In this document: positions 1 to 11,374 of the stretch, in pieces
How the letters are laid out: every line of letters starts with the position of its first letter
How positions within the stretch are numbered: position 1 is the stretch's first letter
DNA from: Selaginella moellendorffii
Lineage: Eukaryota > Plantae > Lycopodiophyta
Direction of reading: 5' to 3'
Assembly (NCBI RefSeq): GCF_000143415.4
Contig: NW_003314309.1
Location: 427,459-491,458, forward strand
Length of the DNA stretch: 64,000 bases
Notes under the pieces: model-generated
Databases searched by the model: none
What the model was told of the DNA's origin: nothing
What the model saw: only the letters and a program-made list of their open reading frames with translations
Position numbers and translations under genes: made by a program

Positions 1-510
1 ATAATGAAAGGAATTTAGTATTGTCAGTTCCCTTTACTAGTCTCCACCCAAGCTAATTGAGAAGCTCGTCAACACATATGCACTTAGATTGGATGGCACT
101 AAGGAAATCTTAAGTTGTTATTTAATCAAATATATTTGACATGATGAAGAGAAACTTATATTGTTGTTTTGCATTTGCTAGTATTGAGAAACTTTTATAA
201 TATTAAACTTGGTCCCTTAATATTCACTAAATGATAGTTTACTATATCTAAGACACCCTTAATATCATGCTTGATGCATTAGTCCCTTTTCAATCCTATT
301 AGTTATTTATAAAAAGTGTCTAGATCTACCAATTAAATATTTTTACAGAATGTAGAGAATATTTTGAATATAATGGTCTTATTCTCATGTCTAGATTCGC
401 AATTTAACATCATTTATATATAGTAAATTTTTTAGATTGTCCTAGAAACTAACTCCAAGACAAGGGTGAAATCCCAAAACATGCTTTAATGTAGGTTTGG
501 GGGGGGGGTG

Positions 511-1205
511 TATTTGGCTCTATTTTGCATGTTAGTCTTGGTATTAAGATGCTAAAAGCTCTAAGATTATTCTAATATTCTTATTCTTTCCTTCTTTGGG
601 TATATGCTCAAACTTGCTCCATGCTTTTGTTCCTTTATTCCTTAGCTATATGCTTTAAGGCCCTGAAACTTAGGTTTTACTCTATGGTTATCTTATAGTA
701 ATTATTATAGGGTATAGGGTGAAAAGCATGTGTGCTATATTTAATATTAAAGAATTAGTCTTAGCAAGTACTATCCAATAAGATTAACCAATTAATCTTA
801 TTGCATATATAGAGATGAAAATGAAAATCCAAATGAATATATATTTGGCTCTGTTTTGTATGTGGCATTAAGATGCTGAAAGCTCTAGAATTATTCTAAT
901 ATTACTTTATGCTCTTGTTTTTTCACTCCTTGACTTTATGATCAAAAATTGCTCTATGCTTTTGTTCTTTTGTTTTTTAGCTATATGCTTAGGAGTTTGA
1001 ATCTGTCTCTTTGTTTAATGCCTAAGGCTCTAAAACTTAGGTTCCACTCTATAGTTATCCTATAGTAAATTACTATAGGTATAATGTGAAAACCATGTAC
1101 ACTATATTTAATATCAAAGAATTAGTCTTAGCGAGTATTATCTAATGAGATTAGCCAACTAATCTCATTGCATATGCAGAGATGAAAATAAAGATCCAAG
1201 TGGAT
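511..1205. repeat. Degenerate ~330-360 bp tandem duplication in AT-rich TE-remnant DNA
   Basis: The block TATTTGGCTC...AAGATGCT(A/G)AAAGCTCTA...AAACTTAGGTT...GAATTAGTCTTAGC...GAGATGAAAAT occurs at ~511-840 and again at ~842-1205 with scattered substitutions and indels. Confidence 0.75.
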
Positions 1206-3037
1206 ACATGTTTAATTGTTATGGCTTTATATTGGGTATAGATGTTGGCATATACCATTTTGTACCATATTATATGATTTTATGTTTAAGCTCATAGGAT
1301 GGATTTGAGATGTACCATTTGCACAAGTTTATATTTGGGCTCATAAATAAGGCATATTAGCAACTTAAAGTTACACTTTGAGTTAGTAAGATTAATGTTA
1401 ATATTGTCCCAAAGACTAATTCTTGAGATTGGGGTGAAAACCCAAAGCGTGCTTTCATATAAAAAGGAAAGGGGGTGATATGGCTCCTTACCAGGTGGGA
1501 TATTTATATTCTCATGTTAAATTACTAATATACCGAAAAAGCACTAGATTCTGTTTGATTGTTTAAACTCTATCCCTTTGTTCAGTGACCCAAGGTCCTA
1601 AAACTTAAATTCCACTTCAATGGTAAATCACTATAAAGTATAGGGTGAAATTATAAATTATAATTTTCAGTAATTACCCTCTTTAAGCATTACATTCTAG
1701 CACATAGGAGCATCTTAGATGTAGTTTCTTGCTTGCTAGAGTCTAGTGTATCCCACTAATGACCAATTGTATTAGCTCATTATCACCTTGTTTTCACGGA
1801 GTTCTTAGCTTTAGATTCCAGCTTCCATGTAAGGAATATTCAAGTCCCTAGAATATTCTTTCATCTTGCTAGTATTTTGCATTTAAGTTTGGAATTATGA
1901 GTGTATGAGTATGTGCGGGGGAGTGGAACTACAGTTGAGGCTGAAAGCCTCAATAAAAGCAATGAGTGGTGAGCTATGAAAAAAATAAAGGAATTTCAAA
2001 ATGTAAACTTTAGATAAAGCCATTTAGGATCTTCACAAAACCTTTTATTGCTCGTAGATATAAGTTCAGAAAACATATCTAAAATAGCTTAATAACAAAC
2101 TGGGCAATCTATTACTCCTGATCACAAAAAAATTCATGTTTCCAAGAGGAGGTGATTACTGATGCAATCAAACACCTACTGATAACTTTAGTCTTACGAC
2201 ATAGCCTTCCTTGCAAATATACTCTATCTAAACTTTAATAATGTTGCACATATATAAAGTTTCCAAAACAAAGGACAATCGAATCAATTAATTCTATGGT
2301 GATTTGATACTTCTAGAAGACTATCAAACTTCAAGGTGGAATAAGTCACTAACACAAACTCCATCAACCAGCTTGCTTCAGTACAGTGGCATCCCAGGTC
2401 CTCCAGGACTCCTTGGAGGCCTCCTGAACTTGCTCCAGCAAACATGAACCAACACCTTTCCAAGTGTAGATAGCAGTCATATTCAGGTCGTCAAGAGGAT
2501 AGGTGCCCATCCATGGGGGCAACAATGGCTTTGGCCTGCTCACCAAGCCCCATGTCATGCTCACCATTTCATGAACGGTGAACATGGGAGTCTGATGGAT
2601 CCCGCCAAAGAGAGAGCTAACCAGCAAGGAGGCAGCTAGACAATTGGCCAGAATTTGGAAGCTCTCATTGGTGAGCACAGAAAAAGCTTGTCAATGGTGT
2701 GCATACAAAAGTCCTTGACAAAGATCAACCTAACAAGCTACAAGGCAAGCTAACATAAGCTAGGTGGAAGCTTGCAGAGATGTTTAATTTTGTGGATTAA
2801 GAAAAAGTAAAGGCTTTGCAATAAGGTAATGAAGAAGATGAACTCACCATTTGCAAATGGTCATCAGTCTGGGTAGTACTACATTTTAGTTTTGAGTGCA
2901 ACTTCTGCTTTACATTGACAATCCCCGAGTGAATTTTTACTAGCAGCCACGCATCAGCTCTTGCACATACTACTACTAGACTAAGGCAGGTCTTAGTCTA
3001 ATCAGAATATTATCCTGATTGTTGTAAAAACTAACAC

Positions 3038-3646
3038 CTACGCTTTTGTCATTGTTTGAATGATTGCCTTTAACACTTGTATCTCGGAATCCTTCCTGGT
3101 AAGATCTTCCTCTTTCTTCCTGAACTCCTCCAAATGCAGCTTGAAAACCTCTACAAACAACCCAAGCCTGTTGTTGCAAACCAAAAAACCAAAGATAACA
3201 TACTTGTTGTGTTCTCAAGCTCTTGCAGCACCTCCTGACAGTGAGCCTCAGCCGCTCGCTGCAGAGACTCGGCACGCTTCTTCTCTACCCGAGCCTGGCG
3301 CGCAGCAGCAATGGCAGAATCCAGCTCCTTCTCCAGCGCACGGATTCTCCTCTCCTGGGCCTATAGATGGGAAGGACAGACAAAACAAATCTCTACAAGA
3401 GAACTTCCTTCCTCGCGAGAATTACGATCGTACCACGGCATTGCGGGATTGACGAGCATTCGAGGCGGCATGCCCGAAAGCCTCCTCGTCCATGTACACG
3501 GCCTTGTGCAGCAGCAATCCCGAGAGCGATTCCACAACGCCGCCAATCTGCGAGACATTGCTCAGCGCCGCGGACCATCGATCCGACCCCGCCACCGCCG
3601 CTGGCTCCACATTGTGAGCTCCTCCAATTGAGCCCTCCAGAGACAT
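3038..3646 (-). CDS. Conserved land-plant coiled-coil protein of unknown function (~160 aa, 3 exons)
   Basis: Manual splice: exons 3646-3434, 3360-3204, 3150-3038 with GT-AG introns of 73 and 53 nt. Product MSLEGSIGG...DRWSAALSNVSQIGGVVESLSGLLLHKAVYMDEEAF...AQERRIRALEKELDSAIAAARQARVEKKRAE...ELENTTKVFKLHLEEFRKKEEDLTRKDSEIQVLKAIIQTMTKA*. It resembles, from memory, a conserved plant coiled-coil family (DRWSAA...KAVYVDEE...ELENTTKVF). Only exon 1 appears in the ORF track. Confidence 0.85.
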
Positions 3647-3710
3647 TACTACAAACCCTAAATCCAAATGCCACGATGGCTTATCCACGTCATGACACGA
3701 GGAACCACGT

Positions 3711-4976
3711 CTACGCCCAAAGAGCCAGAGATGACATTGCTAGCGCTCCTGTGAACAAAGCCAAGTAGGACATGAGCTGCAAGCGGCGGTCACACCTCAT
3801 CCTCTTGCTAATGAAATCGGCTGCTATCAAATCTACGAGCGACATGTACACGAGAATACCCGCCGAGACCGAGTTAAAGAAGCCTTCCATGATGAGAGCC
3901 TTGGGACTGTTGGCCTTGTAAATCTCCGATATCCCCATGCCCATTCCAATGCCGAGCGGGGTCGTGACCGAGAAGAAGAACGCCATGCAAGAGCTCGACC
4001 ACGACTTGAAACCGGCCTGCCAACCAAAATACAAAAGCTCACTTACGAGAAAGATTGATCTCACACTCACCTGAGAAATGCAGCCACCGAGAGCAAAGCC
4101 TTCGAAGAACTGGTGGAATGAGAGAGCCGCGAGCAGCGGTCTGATTGTGCACGGACTCTGCGAAACTCCGAGAGATAACCCGATGATGACAGAGTGCGTA
4201 ACGATCCCAAGCTCCAAAACCTTGCGAACAAAGTCACAATGTCACAGAGTCACGAAAAAAGAGAAACTTAAAACGGTGAGTACCTGCGAGATCACAACAT
4301 GCCTAATAGTCGTGTGTTCGTCTTCGGGAGTTCCGTGAGCGTGGCCGACATGGCCGTGAGAGTGAGCGTGAGTCGAGTCCATGCACGAGTGGTGTCCCTC
4401 CGGATGGCTGTGCCTGTGAGACGAGGCGTGAGCTCTCATACCAACAATGTGCATCTGGTTCGCTCGTTCACTGCTTCCACTGGCACCTCCATTCACTCCT
4501 CCGTGTTCCGGATCGCTGGAAGCAGCTGCGTAGATCGAGTCGTGCTCGCTGCCTATCGCCTCCGAGATTGCCTGCTTCTTACTGGCGTGCTTCTTCTCAA
4601 AGTACTCGGTCCCCGCAAAATCTACCACCAAAGTTCCCAGAGCTGCTATCATCGCAATGAAGCCCGCAAACGGGAACTTCCTCCACGGAACCTCCGCGAG
4701 ACACTGGTTTGTCAGCGCCTCCATTGCGTCGGGTAGTATGTGAACAAAACCGGTTGCCAGGATCACCCCTGCCGCCAGGGCCTTTGCGAGGAAAAAGACG
4801 TTCCCGTCTGGTCTTATCACCTTGAGCCGTCGACCAACGAGAGGCAACGCAACGCCAAAAGCTCCGGCCACTAGAATCGCCACCATCGCCGCGGCCTTGA
4901 GCTTCAGCGCCTCGGGCTTGTTCCGGCAGTCGAACTCGGTATCTGGGACGCAGCTCGCGTCGCCAACAGCCGCCAT
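3711..4976 (-). CDS. ZIP-family zinc/iron transporter, ZIP4/IRT3-like (3 coding exons seen; a short upstream exon is possible)
   Basis: Exons 4976-4284, 4220-4071, 4016-3711. Motifs [21 protein letters not shown], a His-rich loop ([10 protein letters not shown]...[13 protein letters not shown]), [29 protein letters not shown] and a C-terminal LALWA. A splice-acceptor-like TTTTCTCCAG precedes the ATG (4991-5000). Confidence 0.95.
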
Positions 4977-5581
4977 AGAAAAAAGTCCCCCTGGAGAAAA
5001 CAAATGAAGTTCTTCAAACGAAGAGGCCAATAGGTAAAATGAGAAACGATGAGTTTAAGTACCAAGAGAAAATCCGTCAAGCACGCATTCTTTGTCAATC
5101 TTCCAGGAGAGGACCAGTTTTCCACTGGAGACGATCGAGCGAACCTAAAATCACCGATCAGCCAGGCAACACAGAGAGAAAATCTACAAAATCACTCAGA
5201 TTTGGGGATGAAAGCCTCCTCTCGGTTGATCAATACCTGTCCAGAGCCGCGATCCGATTGTCAGCCATTCTAAGCTGTCCATCTTGCAAGAAAGAAGAGC
5301 TGAGGATCGATTCACGGGATAGACGCCCGCCCTAGGCTCAAATCATCGATTCAACAGGAGCATGGTGAGATTTCGAAAAGACTAACCGGAGCGCTCCTCG
5401 AGAAAGCTCGAATTTCTCTTCGACGTGACGCCTTTAGCTAGATAGGTCAATGCGGCACGATAGAATATTCCCTCCTTCCCGTTTACACCAAAATCGTGAC
5501 TGAATATGTCTGACGGATATTCTGTCACCTCGTCATTTTAGGGTTTATCGTTTATCGCGAGTGGAGCATCGGCCAGAAAAT
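4977..5581. promoter_or_regulatory. Bidirectional promoter region (ZIP / AAA-ATPase) with a telo-box and two P1BS-consensus sites
   Basis: Head-to-head start codons ~600 bp apart. TAGGGTTT at ~5539-5546. GNATATNC matches at 5463-5470 (GAATATTC) and 5515-5522 (GGATATTC). Confidence 0.5.
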
Positions 5582-8500
5582 ATGGAGGATCGCGATGGCG
5601 ATCCGGTCCGGGAAGATCCAGCAGCAGCAGAGACATCGCCAGCAATGGATAATGGAGATCCAGCAGCGGGATTGGAAGGAAGAGGTAACGCAATCGCTTC
5701 CAAGAGCACAGAGGAAGCGACGAGCTCGCTCCAGGCGAGCGATTCCTCGGCCAGGGCATTTGGATTCACCAGGATCGAGGAGCCGCTTGCTGTGGAAGGA
5801 AGAAGGTGCGAGCTGTGCGGTCGGGGTAGTGAGCCGATCGAAGAGCTTAATACCACGGCGATAGTCGCCGGTGGAGATAGCACTGTGGGAAGAGGTGGAT
5901 TAGGACGATTGTTGGGGCCTATCTGTGACAAGATGGGCGTTGCCGCGGTGTGGATTCATCAGGAATGCGCAGTGTGGAGTCCCGAGGTGAGCATACATAG
6001 TACTTTTTCTCAAAGAAATTTTTTTTCTCTTGTTCATAGGTCTATTTCCTTGGTGTTGGATGCTTGAAAAACGTAAAAGCTGCTCTTCGACGAGGAAGAT
6101 TTCTGAAATGCAGTCGCTGCAAGCAGCCTGGTGCTACGATCGGTTGTCGAGTTGCTCGCTGCCCTCGGACATATCATCTGGTAAGAACTTCTAGTATTTT
6201 GCGGCGATCATTCATCGTTCCTCTCTCAGCCTTGCGCTCGACAATCTGGCTGCAGCTTCAACCACAAGCGCTACCTCATGTCCTGCGCCGAACACGTGAA
6301 GCTGTTTCTTCTGCAAGACAAAAAGAGACTGCGGGAGTGCATGATCGACGACCAGCTTTCCAGAAAAAGCTTCAAAGAGACCAAAGTTGCGGAGAATGCC
6401 GAGGACGATGAGTTTCTGAAGCGTGAGAAGAAGAGACTGCATCGCGATCTTGCTCGGCTAGCTCCGGTAGTGCTCGGGGGTGATAGTTCAACGGCACAGG
6501 GTGATGCGTTTAGATACGAAGGCTGGGAATCTATCGGTGGTCTCCGGAACGTAGTGCAGTGCTTGAAGGAGATGGTAACGCTGCCGTTGCTTTACCCGGA
6601 CATCTTCCACAAAGTTGGGATAGTGCCACCTCGTGGGGTGCTTCTGCATGGTTACCCTGGTACAGGCAAGACACTTGTTGTGCGAGCTCTTCTAGGCGCT
6701 TGTGCTCGCGGCCAGCAGAAGATATCGTACTTTTCTCGGAAGGGAGCAGACTGCTTGGGAAAATACGTTGGCGACTCCGAGCGGCAGCTTCGCTTACTGT
6801 TTCAGCTAGCGGAGCAGTCTCAGCCTTCCATCATCTTCTTCGACGAGATCGATGGACTTGCTCCGAAGCGAACGAGAAACCAGGATCAAACGCACAGCTC
6901 AGTTGTTTCCACGCTACTCGCCTTGATGGATGGTCTCAGCCCGAGGGGCTCGGTGGTGGTCATAGGGGCTACTAATCGTCCAGACTCCCTTGATCCAGCA
7001 CTGAGGCGAGCTGGACGTTTCGACCGTGAGATATTTTTTCCTCTGCCTTCGGTTGCGGATAGAGAAGCCATTTTGAGAGTCCATACGAAGACATGGAAGC
7101 ACGGGCCTTCCCGTGAGGTGCTGTCACTAATGGCGAGATCCACAGTCGGGTTTGCTGGAGCGGACTTGCAAGCCTTGTGCGCGCAGGCTGCTATGGTTGC
7201 ACTGAAGAGAACAGTCTGCCTTCAGGATCTTCTCAGCGTTCCGTCAAGAGAATCGACTGAACTTTCGGATTTGCATATTCAAGCGGAGGATTGGTTCGCT
7301 GCACTAGCTCAGGCTGGACCCCCATGCTCTCGAAGATTGCTCGGAAGTGCCTTGAGCGAGATACAAATCTCGCCACTGCCGCGGTATTTAGTTCCGGTCC
7401 TGCTAAGACCCGTTCTACGCGTCCTATCCCATCTCGAGTCCGACGGCAGGTTCTCGCTTCCTTTCCAGTTGCGAAAGCCGCTTGCTTTCGTCAAGGAAAA
7501 GAAGCTGGTTGATACTGCAACCTCGTGGTCGCCAGCGATATTGAAAGAGGTGGAGATAGCTTGTAAGGGAGCTGGGATAGTTGCTGGTGACGACTTTGAG
7601 GATGTGGATGGGAATATTGCCGTCGAAACGATATTGATGAAAAAGTTGGGGAACGCCTGGAAGACGGACAGCTTGCGGATACTACTAACGGGCACTCCAG
7701 GAGATGGGAAGAGTTTGGTGGCAGCATCGATTCTACACGTCTTTCAGTCTTGCATGCAGGTTTTTCTACTGAGCTTGCAAACTATGATCCAAGCAGGGTC
7801 AGGAGAAGTGTCGGAGGGGCTTATTCAGATTCTAAGTAAGTTTTTTTCTGGCATCATTATAACTGGACTTCACTTTATATTTTCAGGCGAGGCAAGAGCT
7901 GTTCCATCCGTCGTGTTTATGCCGAGAGTGGAGTCGTGGGCTTTGGAACAAGAGTGGGAAATTGGAAATGAAGAAGAAAAGTCTCTTGTTTCGTCTAGAG
8001 CGTGGGGAACCTTCTTGCAGCAAACTCGGTCATTACCTTCAGATCGTCCTGTATTCTTTTTGGTAAGCCGCTCTGTGCTCGCTCTTGTGCTCATTGCAAT
8101 GTCTGTTAATGCAGGCGACCTGTGACGACCAACAACTTACGTCTGACGTTTTGAGTTTCTTCTCTGCTCCGACCTCGAGCTCAATGTCTACGCTAACACA
8201 CCGTGCATGCGTCGAAGTTCAAGTGCCTACGGAGAGCGAAATCATGGAGGTTTTGGACCGTGCAGCGGATTCTCTCGCCCTTGATCTCTCAACAGCGACA
8301 AAGCAAACGTCTGTGACTGAAATAGAAACTGTAGATCCTCCAGAGACAACAAAAGAAGCGAGCATTGCTGCGAGCCAAAGCGGTCCTATTGCACCCCCTC
8401 CGGAACCAGCGAAACAACGGTGTCCAACTCTTGACGCGGTTCGTCTCTGTGGTCACCAGCTTTTAAACTCTCCGCACTTCATGGCTATTCGACAAGCAAC

Positions 8501-9339
8501 TCTGAGACTAAACGCCGGTCCGAGCCTATATCTCGAGAATCCTTACAGTGGACTCTGGGTGATGAAAACTGTCGAGAACGAAGAGGCAACACGAGGTGAT
8601 ACAGAAGAAGTGGCTCACGCTATTATCAACACCGACGAGAAAGTGGACGAAAAAGTGGACAACAGCAGTAATGCCAACGAAAACGCACTGGAATCGGCTC
8701 GTAGACGCGCCCTTGAACCAGACACAGAAGAGAATGGTCCAGACGACGCGAGCAGGACAGTACGAGGCCTCGATGCTGTGGCACTCAAGGCATGCAAAGG
8801 CTTTTACACAAGCGGTCTAGACATGAACTTGGAGCTCAAGTGTGTGATGGAGCTCCTCCGTGAGAAGCTGAACAGGAAATCGAGTAGACGGAGCCAGTGG
8901 TTTCGTTATCAGCTTTTGGCTCAGGCCGGTGCTCTTCAAGATCTTATGGAGTGCTGGGTTCATGAGTTGAGACGGTATGCTCGTTTCTTTCGTTTTTTGG
9001 CTACTCACAGCTACTTTGTGTTGTAGGCTGGAAAGTCGTGACAGGAAGCCCAGATTGACGCAAGCTTCATCCGATGGTACTGTTCAAGAAGGCCAGGAAA
9101 GCTCTGCAGATAGAAAGCTAGGTAGCTCAAGCAAGAGTGTGGCAAACCGGCGGAAAATGGGCAATTTGTCGCACCAGTCGCTTGAAAGCCTGAAAGCCAC
9201 AGCCACGAAGCTTTTTGTCGATGTCTGGGATAAACAGGGGCGCAGTTTAATGGTGGATAAAGTCCATGACCTTGTCAGCGAAACGTCGGCCATGATATGT
9301 GGTGAGCTTAGGAAAATGACTGATGTATTTCTTCCATAA
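5582..9339 (+). CDS. Extended-PHD + AAA+ ATPase (ATAD2/Yta7-related; similar to Arabidopsis BRP1/At3g15120 type), 6 exons
   Basis: Exons 5582-5986, 6040-6180, 6230-7835, 7887-8062, 8115-8974, 9027-9339, all frame-consistent with ~50 nt GT-AG introns. ePHD: CELC...WIHQECAVWSPEVY...CSRC...GATIGC...CPRTYHLPCA...CAEH. AAA: GYPGTGKT, KGADCLGKYVG, IIFFDEIDG, GATNRPD...RRAGRFDRE. Degenerate second Walker A: GTPGDGKS. Confidence 0.93.
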
Positions 9340-9539
9340 GAAGCAAATGCTTATAACAAACTATAAACTCAGTTTTGCCTGCAAACCAAAGACAAAGTGT
9401 TAAGCATTTTTTTAATGCGAATTTGTGATTGACAATTGGAAGGAAAAAGTTTATAGTGTCTGGCTACAAAGGCAATCTCAACTCCTAGACAATCCAAATA
9501 AAGAATGATAATTGTCTCTCTTTATTTTGAGAGGTATCA

Positions 9540-10319
9540 ATAAAATACAATGATATAAAATTTTAAAAGTTTAAATTTAAATCTTTAAAAGTTGCGAAAT
9601 ATTAATGTAGTGGGATTTTGATAGCTATCACATTAATTTCAATTTAGACTACTCATTCCTATATATAAATTAAGATTTTTAGGCTAATTTTATATATATA
9701 TATATATATATCTTCCATTTCCATATTCCATACACTTACATTAGTAGAAATGGGAGGTAATTTTGATTGTCTTGAGGAGTATTTGGATTTATGCTTTTGA
9801 TTTAGATCTAGCTTTTATATTGTTTAAATATCTTTTTTTATATAGCTTATTAATCTATTCTCTTTTGTTTTTCTTGTTTTCATTTATCTTCATGGCAAAA
9901 TAGTAACCTCTTCCTTTTTGACTTTGGAGCAATAGTTGGTGTAATTGTTTGAGTTATGTGGTTGCAATTGAATAATCAAATTCAGCAAATAGAGCATTCA
10001 TGATATATGGTATAGTGCCTCCTCCTTTTATTGCTAATGGTTGGAGTTCTTTCATAGGAATCTTGGGGATCATATATACAATTGATTTATTCACTTTATG
10101 GTAATTGTTACCTATCATTCTTATGATGACATTTAGCATTTGTGTGTATTTCCTATATGTCTTAAAGAGATAGCTTTGCAATGGTACAATGGTTTGAAGG
10201 TAGCCACTCGTGTGAATTAGAGCATTTTCCTAGATGTCTATAAGTGCACATTTGGACATGCTAATGATTGTGAGAATGCCTTTTAATAATTGTATTGTTT
10301 TCATTAAAGGTTATATGAG
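9540..10319 (+). mobile_element. Old, AT-decayed 5' fragment (LTR, leader, gag start) of Gypsy family A
   Basis: GTAGTGGGATTTTG...CTATATATAA...TTCCATACACTTACA aligns with the LTR at 19514-19688. The following sequence aligns with the A leader and gag (CATGGCA...GGAATCTTGGGGAT...TGGTACAATGGTTTGA) with pervasive C>T and G>A changes. Confidence 0.8.
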
Positions 10320-11007
10320 TGTCGCAAATGTGACTTCGGGTATCAAAAGATATTTGTCGGCCAGTCTTTACGGGCACTCTTTCCTTACTGTTATGACGGC
10401 AAGAGGTCAGTACTGCTAGTTCCCTTCAATAGCCCCTCTTGTTCAAGTGTTAATTTACTGGGTTTAACATCTGTACTTAGCCAAATGGACATAAGGTAGG
10501 AACTCTTATGTGTTTCTAACTGAGCATTCTCGGCCTGGCTCTTAATTCTCTTTTGCTCTGTCTTGCACTAGCTTGGCAAGAACCCTCACATATTGAGACT
10601 AATCTCTTATTATCGTTGGATGATAGCTTACCGTGTTTGCCAAACACCCTCGCTATCACACCCTTTGTGTTGGTCTCATTTCGGTCTCAAATGCTATTTA
10701 TGGAAAGTGTCTGGATTAGCTCATTTGGCATATCTATGGAATGCAGAGATCGGCCTGAACACAATGGTGTTTATTCCATGTCTAAATTCGCAATCTAAAG
10801 ACATTCTATATTTAGTAAGTTTCAAGCTTGTCCCAAAAACTAACTCCTGGTACTAAAGGAGGCTTGAAAGCCCAAAACATGTGTTCCTCAAGGGAAGGGG
10901 GGGGGGGATATAAAGGGTTCCAAATGTATAATAGGAATAATGGTTAGAATGCATGTTTGACCACCTGAGACATTAGTTTGGCTCCCACTGGGCTGTATAG
11001 TTGCTCC
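10320..11007 (+). mobile_element. 3'-truncated solo LTR of chromovirus family B
   Basis: Starts TGTCGCAAATGTGACTTCGGGTATC like the LTR at 24665. Colinear with it up to CTGGGCTGT..GCTCC, where similarity stops. Confidence 0.88.
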
Positions 11008-11008
11008 A

Positions 11009-11235
11009 TTTTTTTCCATACAGTTTGTGGCAAGCCACGCCCCCAAGCCTCACCTCCTATCTCAATACCATCAACAAAAGATGCCAGCTTGTTTGAGATC
11101 ACTTTGGAATGCATTTCAAACAAAGCTCAACCATACTATTATTATGTTCTCCTCTGGCGCCCATAGGATTTGAACCCACGAGCTCGAGGAGAAGAGCCTA
11201 CATTCAAAAGCTTTAACCATTGTTTGTTATATCCA
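11009..11235 (-). mobile_element. Putative tRNA-Lys-derived SINE or processed tRNA pseudogene
   Basis: Minus strand reads AATGGTTAAAG (A-box-like)...TAGGCTCTTCTCCTCGAGCTCGTGGGTTCAAATCCTATGGGCGCCA, with B box GGTTCAAATCC at 11166-11176 and CCA at 11155-11157. It resembles the 3' half of plant tRNA-Lys(CUU). A ~140 nt unrelated body and an A7 tract (T7 at 11009-11015) follow. Confidence 0.5.
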
Positions 11236-11374
11236 CATGATCACTTTCATGATCCCTCTGTTCTAGCTATTTGAACAGTCGAAACGTGGAAATTGGAATC
11301 TCTCCGGCCGGAGGAGTCATTTAAAAGGTTTACTGTTTGAGACTTGGCCGCGCCCAGCTCTCGCAAAGGTAAAT

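Noticed and set aside
11155-11235. Functional tRNA-Lys gene
   Set aside because: The acceptor, D and anticodon stems do not pair and CCA is encoded, so it is treated as a SINE or pseudogene.
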